From: Candidatus Latescibacterota bacterium
GTDB lineage: Bacteria > Latescibacterota > UBA2968 > UBA8231
Reading direction: 5' to 3'
Assembly: GCA_965217585.1 (NCBI GenBank)
Contig: OZ244561.1
Location: 192,001-256,000, forward strand
DNA length: 64,000 nt
A program made the position numbers and the translations under genes. Within the stretch, counting starts at the first letter, position 1. Each line of letters opens with the position of its first letter. A model generated the notes under the pieces. The model saw nothing but the letters and a program-made list of their open reading frames with translations, was not told the DNA's origin and made no database searches. Shown in pieces: positions 24,101-29,000 of the stretch.

Positions 24101-24415
24101 GCTGTGGAGGGTGGAGGTGTTGTCGCGGGCGTCGTCGTCCTCGGTGCTGGCAACGACGCGGAAGCCGGAGCTGTAGGCCCGGATGGAGGCGTGACCGTTG
24201 GCGGCGGCGTTCTGGACGTAGGTGTTGTAGGTGCCGATGTTGCTGGATTCGGCGTTGCGCGTCCCGGAAGTGAGGAACAGCAGCCGGAAGCTGTCGCCGT
24301 TGCTGAGCCCGGAGGGGACGAGTGCCCAGTTCGAGGGGACGTCCGTCTGGGCCTGGGCTGCGTTCGTCAAAACGACAAACGTGAGCAGGATTGGTACAAT
24401 GAAAAATCTGGACAT
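12176..24415 (-). CDS. Giant secreted adhesin-like protein (4079 aa): 2 lectin/endostatin-like domains, FN3, Calx-beta, LRR, cadherin, acidic low-complexity stalk, C-terminal FlgD-Ig/T9SS-like domain
   Basis: Signal peptide ending AAQA; duplicated N-terminal domain (FRLLF...PIYWLGGN.LADQY.DFY..WDDE); FN3 (W.AP...I..Y.VQYR, VRATNDEG); Calx-beta (DEENETFTVTLS); 24-aa LRRs (LxxNELSSLPAGVFTGL); cadherin (NFEDA.D); CTD NFPNPFNS...WDARD..G..VSAGMYLVRL. Confidence 0.9.
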   Translation of the reverse strand: MSRFFIVPILLTFVVLTNAAQAQTDVPSNWALVPSGLSNGDSFRLLFLTSGTRNAESSNIGTYNTYVQNAAANGHASIRAYSSGFRVVASTEDDDARDNTSTLHSSSNRGVPIYWLGGNKLADQYQDFYNGNWDDEVNPKDASGNSRPYDNTVHANRPFTGSKHNGIGDDGEELGKSLVREGRLNDSSTVQGPLGSNSTGSRDENRPFYGLSEVFRVEVDAPGPPTLLTATANGSTQIDLSWNAPVGDGGTAVTGYKIEHTLDGGSNWPVLVDDTGSTATEYSDTDLPPGATRYYRVFAINAAGTSGASNVARASADLAEMEVADDWDLIPSDLGPGHSFRLLFVSAGTRTAAPSDIVIYNAFVQEAAAAGHAAIEDYSSGFRAVGSTRDDDARDNTATTYTTDDKGVPIYWLGGNRLADQYEDFYDDTWDDEVNATNASGSSRPFDSSNTGNRPFTGSNHNGTGLNGNELGRSNVRVGRPNDSSSGRGPINGQFNTSRNSPRPFYGLSAVLRVEGELTPALSIGDDAAGDEGGNVTFTVTLSPVAAEDVTATWTASIQSDDTAVLADDLGSATGTLTVKAGEPTGTFTVPTAQDATDEENETFTVTLSGASENALIAEATAKGTINDDDEPPVLSVTAVDAEVTEGESATFTLTLSPASGKRVTVFAISGTEASLGHTATRGKDYPTHEDVLTFEPGEISKTVTLATTDDELDEADEETFGLSVSFPTNATLEGGVLVHSLTATVTISDNDDLPTLSVADVSAAEGDGLTFTVTLSAVSGRDVTVDWEAATLDAESDDAEEGTDYTADSGTLTFAAAGVEVFDEFGDVVSHTPGEMRKTFTVATTEDEDEEENETFTVALSNASNASIAEATAKGTINNDDAATLVSNTEQMSSNNASANATRNTFAVQFTTGNNANGYQLDSIGLKIRAHENVTVTVSLYSDDSGSPGSSIFTFDNPPSGITAGAVNTFTAPDDDVLTHLDEMTPYFIVVSGEPDTGAGSTFDFLLAATNVDVEDTVGEDDWAIADDRHSLSGTTWSTDSATLQIRVNGYAAAGICGRTAVVQELIIYYLAEDKGLVRTCAEVNDADLASFTYMSWAGEDIGPLKSGDCAGLTNVTTLELDRNDFTTLPADLFSDMTALERLYLQGNHLTALPDGVFSGLTALTIILLSGNDLGSLPAGLFSGLTALETLSLDGNDLGLLPAGLLSGLTALEQLYLQGNDLTALPDKLLSGLTALEVLTLRDNPNTGDVLPLTVTVEKVGTDQARAKVLAGAPFAVDFTPTVVNGSLPSGVTKLAVAVGSVEGTAVTVTRTSGTTEAVTVDIDLTTQPSLAAGHGGYTFARATSGLPATILSVGGDTPTLPTLSVADAAGTEGGNVTFTATLSEVAAADVTATWTASIESGDTAVLADDLGTTTTGPVMVEAGELTGTFDVPTAQDATDEENETFTVTLSGVSSNAQLAADPTATGTITDDDLPVVTIARDKDVVNENEGAAGFTLTRVGLTAGTLAVTVEVTQQADRDLLPDGAEATRTVTFAAGSATAALAVALENDDLREALGDLTVEVQPGTGYTVGTPASDLVSVVDSDTGLPTPANLTASPGAGVGEVTLAWDTHALHLQFARHQYRYKTDGAYGDWTDIPNSGQHSSVGGDGSNLTGYTVTGLVGGQAHTFEVRTAIPPAGGEAGIFSDSSNEDSATPRSAAVSFEAATYSVDEGGTVDVTVRLSGAPGREVTVPVTAAAAGGATAQGETGADWSGVPENVTFGATDTEQSFTLTATDDTADDDGESVELSFGTLPDGVSAGTPSEATVTINDADEGNAAPEFTSDAEFDAAENQTTAGTVLARDSDTEDNIEGYAITGGADEAFFSIGATDGVLTFDDAPNFEDAKDADTDNEYEVTVQATSGTGTRVKTATQTITVTVTDVAGEAPGTPAAPNVSAASATSLTVTWSAPDNAGPAITDYDVQYREGTGGTWSDGNYTGTSTTATLSSLSENTSYQVQVRATNDEGTGDWSDSGSGSTMPPDSPDGFMASHNNEQVTLTWNAPDAGADITHHEYRFKTTGDYPAAWTVIDDSAPGGAHEAWVVVTGLTNDEEYTFQLRAVNDAGNSTAVETDPVTPMSGICGRTEQVRNAIVAAIDGVSDCADVMTAHLADVTHLDIPDMGIRSLQSDDFSDLTALKNLYLNDNALSSLPDGVFTGLTALQRIHLQNNELGSLPAGVFTGLIALHTLRLQSNELSSLPAGVFTGLTKLQRIHLNDNELSSLPAGAFSGLTALKNLYLENNELSSLPADAFTGTTALAYLHLNDNELSSLPAGVFTDLTALWQLFLQSNELSSLPAGAFTGMTKLRHLLLQSNELSSLPAGAFTDLTALGLLALGDNELSSLPAGAFTGLTQLDSLQLQGNIEDPLPLTVTLEKVESDQVRAEVLTGAPFAVDIPVTVVNGALDGGATVLDVATGSVEGTPVTVTRTAGTTAAVTADIDLTNQPSLPSGHDGYSFARAASGLPKEVFPSTDANAAPSFSSSATFDAAENQTSAGTVLATDSDSEDNIEGYAISGGADQALFSIGATDGALTFKAAPNFEDAKDADTDNEYEVTVQATSGTGTRVKTATQTITVTVTDVAGEAPGKPAAPTVSAASVTSLTVTWTAPNNAGPAITDYDVQYREGTSGSWTDGGHTGTAVTATLSGLSENTSYQVQVRATNDEGTGSWSDSGSGTTDANAAPSFSSSAAFDAAENQTTAGTVLATDGDTGDDITGYALTGGADQAFFSIGATSGALTFDDAPNFEDAQDQGTNNTYVVEVQATSGTGTRVKTATQTITVTVTDVGGEAPGKPTAPTVSAASVTSLTVSWSAPANAGPAIDDYDVQYRAGTTGDWSDGNHVGTAVTATLSSLSENTSYQVQVRATNDEGTGSWSDSGSGTTDANAAPTFSSSATFDAAENQTTAGTVLATDGDTGDDITGYAITGGADQAFFSIGATSGALTFDDAPNFEDAEDQGTDNTYVVTVQATSGTGTRVKTATQTITVTVTDVGGEAPGKPTAPTVSAASVTSLTVSWSAPANAGPAIDDYDVQYRAGTTGDWSDGNHTGTAVTATLSSLSENTSYQVQVRATNDEGTGSWSDSGSGSTDAPTVELGELEDRLLELNCALDALVDGESDARCKGIDGMSGSAANLVALQFQVIGQLPPGKYDYYDLAGWQTLYKMENGQVRITKAGDASTEDLTPARAPRDLEAKATGEGIVLSWQAPKAASDEVTGYRVLRRRPEEGENTLLILVGDTGSSATAYTDADVEEGVRYIYGVKAIRGRALSDVSNYRGVRAVALATSGPDAPPTAEEDQQPEEQQPEEEQQPEEEQQPEEEEQQPEPPPAPQNLTGVANSDGSITLSWDAPDDDTITGYQILRRRPTLGEAELLIYVADTGSTATSYTDTDATPKVRHAYRVKAINPAGVGNRSNYVNVTAAATKVEEEQPPEEDQPEEEQPEEEQPPEEDQPPEEQPPEEEQPEEEQPEEEDQPEEQPPEEEQPEEDQPPEEDQPPEEDQQSEEEEQPEENQPEEENQPEEDQQPEEEDQPEEDQQPEEDQQSEDQQQPEDQQPEEEDQQDEEDQQPPEEDQQPEEEDQQDEEDQQPPEEEDQPPEEDQQDEEEQPEEEQPEEEEQPEEEEQPEEDQPPEEENQPEEDQPPEEENQPEEEDQPEEEDQPEEEDQPEEEDQPEEDQQPEEDQQPEEDQQPEDQQQPEDQQPEEDQPEEGQQSEEQQPEDQQPEEDQQPEEEDQQDEEDQQQPEEDQQPEDQQQPEEDQPPEEEQQPEDQQQPEDQQPEDQQPEEDQQPEEDQQPEEDQQPEEDQQPEEEDQPPEEDQQPEEDQPEEDQQPEEDQQPEEEDQPEEDQPPEEDQPQEPPAPQNLMGVANSDGSITLNWDAPDDDTITGYQILRRRPYFGEDELLIYVADTGSTATSYTDTDATPEVRHIYRVKAINPAGVGNRPNSISVTAAAAKVVAASSGLAPNFPNPFNSRTLIPYRLATPGAVRLEIYNLLGQPLRTLVDQYQDAGFYQVRWDARDRRGALVSAGMYLVRLHYPGGVQTKRLLYLK
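12760..14045 (-). repeat. Low-complexity E/Q/P/D coding repeat (~430 aa of EEDQQP-like units)
   Basis: Degenerate tandem tcttcttccggctg(t/c)tgg units. Confidence 0.95.
15061..16890 (-). repeat. Three tandem 612-bp cadherin+FN3 units (fourth copy at about 18370-18960)
   Basis: CGCTGCCCGAGTCCGACCA recurs at 15061, 15673, 16285 (612-bp period) and 18370. Confidence 0.9.
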
Positions 24416-24542
24416 TCCTATGTCCTCTTTTTTGCTGATTGAGGTCGTGAGGATCGTGTGCTAAGGGGATAGCGAACGTTTGCGGACAGGCGCAAAAAAA
24501 GACCGCCAACATCTGCCAATAAAGGACAAACGTTCATAGCAA

Positions 24543-24662
24543 GTCGCCGAACAAGAGCGACCTTCGGCTGCTCGGTCCTCGACAAAGAACCGAGCAGACG
24601 CGGCCAAACAGACGTTGGCCGCAGTATGGAGAGAGTGGGTCTTAGAGAATGGGGGGGGGGGG
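24543..24662 (-). promoter_or_regulatory. Structured upstream region of the giant gene: three tandem hairpins plus a G12 tract
   Basis: IRs at 24543-24561, 24568-24597 and 24600-24622; G12 at 24651-24662; candidate minus-strand -35 TTGACA at 24846-24851. Confidence 0.5.
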
Positions 24663-24888
24663 ATAAATAACTGTTTTTAAACGACTTATGAGATTATACT
24701 TGTCGTCCAAAGCCCGGGACTAGACGCTATATGGGGCCACCGCACCAAGCGCTGTCCTATCAAATGTCGGGTTATGGACCATTTTCTATTTTCGGCCAAA
24801 ATATGAATACGTGTGTCTGCTAAAGTACAAATAAATCGGGGGTTTTGTCAAGCCGCAGCACGATCAGTTGTGCTCACCAGCGCATCTA

Positions 24889-24916
24889 GTAGGGGCGACC
24901 GGCCGGTCGCCCCTAC
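24889..24916. repeat. GTAG-type REP palindrome, copy 2
   Basis: Identical to 12152-12179. Confidence 0.85.
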
Positions 24917-24934
24917 GTAACGTCATCTACCTAC

Positions 24935-26010
24935 CTGACATTACGCAGCTTTTGTCCTCAACCCCTCATCGCTGTATCCTTTCCGCTACACTCCAACGCC
25001 TCATCTCCCCGTCCTCCCCTCTGAGCCGCCGCCGTGGCACGATTCTTGCCCGTTGTGGGTACCACCCCACCCGCAACCCAAGGCATGGCTCATGGCCGAA
25101 TTTGACACCATCGCCAAACATCTCATCCACACCTACCCCCACGACTTCGCCCGCTTCGCTCTCCAGCGCGACGACGTCGAAGTCCTCGGCGTCGTTGACA
25201 CTGAGCAACCCACCGTCGAAGCCCACCGCACCGACAGTCTCATTCGCGTACAAGTCGGCGGCGAGGAGGTATTGGTCCATCATGAATTTCAAACCACCGA
25301 TAGCAAACCGCCCATGCCGCGCCGCATGGCCAGCTACATCGGACACGGCATCGGGCAGTACGGCCTGCCGATCTACTCCACCGTCATCTATCTTCGTCCG
25401 GACGCCGGTCGGAATGATCCGGGGCACTATCTCCAAGAGCGGCACGGCTTCCACGTGTTGGTGCAATACCAAGTGATTCGGCTGAGTGAACTAGACGGCC
25501 AACGCATGCTCGACGCGGGGCATTCGGGTTTGATTCCGTTTGCGCCGTTGATGCAGCGTCCGACGGGAGTGGATGCCGAGGCGTGGTTGCGCCAGTGTGT
25601 AAACCGGGCGCAAGCAGTACCGATGGACGAGACCCTCAAGGCGAATTACTTGGCCAATCTTGCGATTTTGAGCGGATTGGTGTATAACTTAGAAACGATT
25701 AGGACCATCATCTCGGAGGAGACTATGTACGAATCGTCGGTAGTGCAGTATTTTACGGAAAAGGCCCTTGAGCAAGGCATCGAGCAAGGCATCGAGCGAG
25801 GAGGCCGAGAACGCGCCATTGAAGATCTGCTCGACGTGCTGGCGATTCGCTTTGCGCTGGCCACGTCGGATCCGTTGGCCGACCGCATTGGGGCCATTGA
25901 CGATTTGCAGCGCCTCAAGCAGTTGTTTCGGGCGGCTGTACAGGTGCCGAGCCTCGAAGCCTTTAGGCACCTGTTAGATGCCGCCGACTAGGGGCACTGC
26001 GTAACGTCAG
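24935..26010. mobile_element. Putative non-autonomous element: 14-bp inverted repeats enclosing the Rpn gene
   Basis: CTGACATTACGCAG (24935-24948) and CTGCGTAACGTCAG (25997-26010), 13/14 match as an IR; no clean TSD. Confidence 0.55.
25092..25991 (+). CDS. Rpn family recombination-promoting nuclease / putative transposase (PD-(D/E)XK)
   Basis: FDTIAKHL, RTDSLI, VHHEFQT, MPRRMASY, STVIYLRP, YQVIRL, LIPFAPLM, EQGIEQGIERG repeats. Confidence 0.85.
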   Translation: MAEFDTIAKHLIHTYPHDFARFALQRDDVEVLGVVDTEQPTVEAHRTDSLIRVQVGGEEVLVHHEFQTTDSKPPMPRRMASYIGHGIGQYGLPIYSTVIYLRPDAGRNDPGHYLQERHGFHVLVQYQVIRLSELDGQRMLDAGHSGLIPFAPLMQRPTGVDAEAWLRQCVNRAQAVPMDETLKANYLANLAILSGLVYNLETIRTIISEETMYESSVVQYFTEKALEQGIEQGIERGGRERAIEDLLDVLAIRFALATSDPLADRIGAIDDLQRLKQLFRAAVQVPSLEAFRHLLDAAD

Positions 26011-26012
26011 TA

Positions 26013-26057
26013 AGTAATCGTCTGCGCCAACACTTCTTCAAGAGCGGCTTGGCCGAA
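26013..26057 (+). repeat. 45-bp direct repeat, copy 2
   Basis: See 11870-11914. Confidence 0.85.
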
Positions 26058-26079
26058 CAGTGCAAAGACGTCCTCTCGG

Positions 26080-29000
26080 TTAGCTGATATCTGAAATCTG
26101 TGGTTGCTCCACCCCCGTCCCCTGCGCCAACTTCTCACCCTCAATCAAGTACTCCTCCCGCACCTCGGGCGCAATCGTCCGCCAGACCAAGAAGCGCTTG
26201 CGCAGCACGTTGAGGAAGCTGGTGTTGAGCCGCTGCCAGCTCACCACATCGCCGCTGACGCGCTGCAAGTGCATCTCAATGCGGTAAATGCCCGGAATAT
26301 CGTCGGTCGGCAAGGTGCGCAGGAACACCCGCTGGCTCACTCCCAAGTCGTAGGGCGCGAGCCACACCATCAGTTCCAGCAAATAGACCGGCTGCGCACC
26401 GCCCTGCTCCAAGTGGAAATCCACGCCCTCGGTCATAAAGTCGCCCACCGATCCCTCGCCGTACGACGAGAAAACACGATGCAGATAAGCGCACGAGCCC
26501 AAGGCATCGCCCTTGGCCAGCGTAAAGGGAAAGTCGAAGCGCCAGTCGTCGCCGTCGGGCGGAGGAAACTCCCAGCGCCGGGTCACGTCGGGCACGGCCA
26601 TGGCCGCGGCCTTGCGCGCCGGATACAGAGTCGAGAGCACCACCACCACCATCACGATCAAGGTCGAGAAGATCGCCGACAGCGACGAGTAATTGAGAAA
26701 CATCCCACCCAAAAGCGCGTAGTGCGCCAGCAGCAAAGTCGTCGTCTGCCCGACCAAATAGCCCAGCACCGCGCCGACAATGGCAAACACGAGAGCCTCG
26801 GCGATGAACAGCGAGGCAATGTGACTCGGTGCCAGCCCCACCGACGAATACACCCCGATCTCACCGGAGCGCTCGTACACGGCCCCGAGCATGGTGTTGA
26901 GCACGATCAGCGAGGCGATCAACAAGGGCACGAAGAGATTGCCAATTCCGGCCAAAGACGCCGATCCCATAGAGGTGTACACCCGCACGCGATCGCCAGC
27001 GCCGACAAAAAGCGGCACAGCCACCCGCGACACGAATTCCTCAACCTCGGCGAGCAAGGTCTCCCGATCGGCAAAACCGGCGATGGCAATAGAGCGCAGC
27101 GTACCGCCCAAATCGACGACCTGCTGGTAGGGCAAGAACGCCACATTGTTGGCCAGCAGGTGAGTAAAGGTCTCAATCGCGGCCGTGTCCATCAGGCGCG
27201 GGTCTAAGCCGGCCATTTCCTCCATCTTCTTGGCCTCGGCGACCGTGTCCACGGGCATCAGGCTCTCGTTGTCTAAGTCGCGCAGGTGGTCGATGGCCTC
27301 GCCGTCGATTAAGCCAATGACCCGATAGGAGCGCCCCATCAGCCCAATGTCGGCCGTGCCCACATCCTCCGGGCTAATGCCCAAAATCTCCGCCATAGCC
27401 ACCGGCAGGATGCACACATCGCGCTCGCCATCCGCAAACCAGCGGCTCTCCGGCCCCACCAACAGCTCTTCCAGCCCCATCACCGCGCCCTCGCCGGGGG
27501 TCACCCCGAGGATGGCCGAGGCAAAGCTCTTCTTCTGCGCCAGCTTGTGTTCAATGTCGATATAGGCCCGCTCGCCAATAACTTTAGAGGTCACCCACGA
27601 CCTCGGCAGCACCTGCGCTCGGTCACCAAACGCGCTCTCCGCATAGTCGAGCACCGATAGCTGCAAGCCCTTCCAGCCGCGATCGCGCAGCAAAGCACCC
27701 TCGTAACTGGGCACATTCGGGCGAGGGATCTGATAGAACTTGAGATAGCTCTGCACCGAGGTGAAGGCCTGGGCAGTAAAGGTCAAAAGCGTCAGGGTGA
27801 CAACCGTCAGCGCGGTGCGCAACTTGCGCTTGCGGAGGTTGGAAATCCCCAGCGATGCGGCCGCGGCCGTGGCGCTGAGGCGACCGATGTCCGCTTCGTG
27901 GACGCCGGATGCGGCCCGCTTGCGCTGGCCGACGGCGCGGGTAAAGCGGCCCATAATCATCAGCAGGGCCGTGCCGCCGATGGCGAAGATGACGAAGGCC
28001 AAAAAGATGATATACGGCGACGAGCTCAGCTTGAAGGCCGGGTGGATAAAGCGCATGATGAGGAAGATCGCCAAAAAGAAAAACGCCGCGCCCGCCACTT
28101 GGCGGCGGATGTCGGCAAAGCCGAAGAACAGCCGCTCGCAGCAAAACGAAAACGGCAGCAGCAGCGCGAAGTAGAAGATCACCCCATAGACCGTGTCGTC
28201 CGCGGTCGATTTGATGTCTGGGTAGCCCCGCCCTTCGAGGCCCCACGCCTTGCGCGTGGCCCGCTTGAACTCGCTGTAGCGCCGCGCCTGTAAATGCTCT
28301 TCGGCCTCCAGCAGGGCCAAGCGCGCCTCTTCGTGCAGGCGCATGAACTTGTCGTTGCGCACCCCGTAGCGCGCCAACTGCTTGATCCGCACGTCGTCGA
28401 GAACCCACATGTCGCGCGCGGCCGCGTACCCAGGGCGCAACACCACGCCTTGATCCACCAGATAACCGCGCCCGAGAGCCTGCTTTATCGTCGCCTCATC
28501 CACGTCTTCAGGGCGCACCGGCTCGGCCACCCATTCGGCCGGCGCACCGCTCAGCAGGTAGCGCACGCCGAAGAGGCTCGTGCTCATCAGGGCTTTGACT
28601 CGGGTGCCAGGTTGGGCGTACACCACAGAAGCGAGCGTTACCTTGCCCTCCTCATTGCTCTGCCTTTCGACGAAGTCGGCCCCCCACGACTGCGGCACGC
28701 CGTCGCGCTCGTCGAGCACGGTCATGTGGTCCAAGACCGACAGGTAGCGCGAGTCAACGGTCTCGAACAGACTCAGCGCCCGGCACTCGAAGAGCACTTG
28801 CAGCATCTCGTTTTCCCACCAGCCCCACGGATGGACGGTTGGGTACGTCTCGTCGCCCTCTTGGCCCATGTCTGGTGCCGAGATAATCGCGCCGTAGGGA
28901 TCGAGTTCGTACGCGCGGATCGCGTTGTCTAGCTTGTTGCGCATGATGTCGAAGCGGAAGCGGCCCGCGTCGTTGGCCTCTTGCGCGATCAAGGTGCGGA

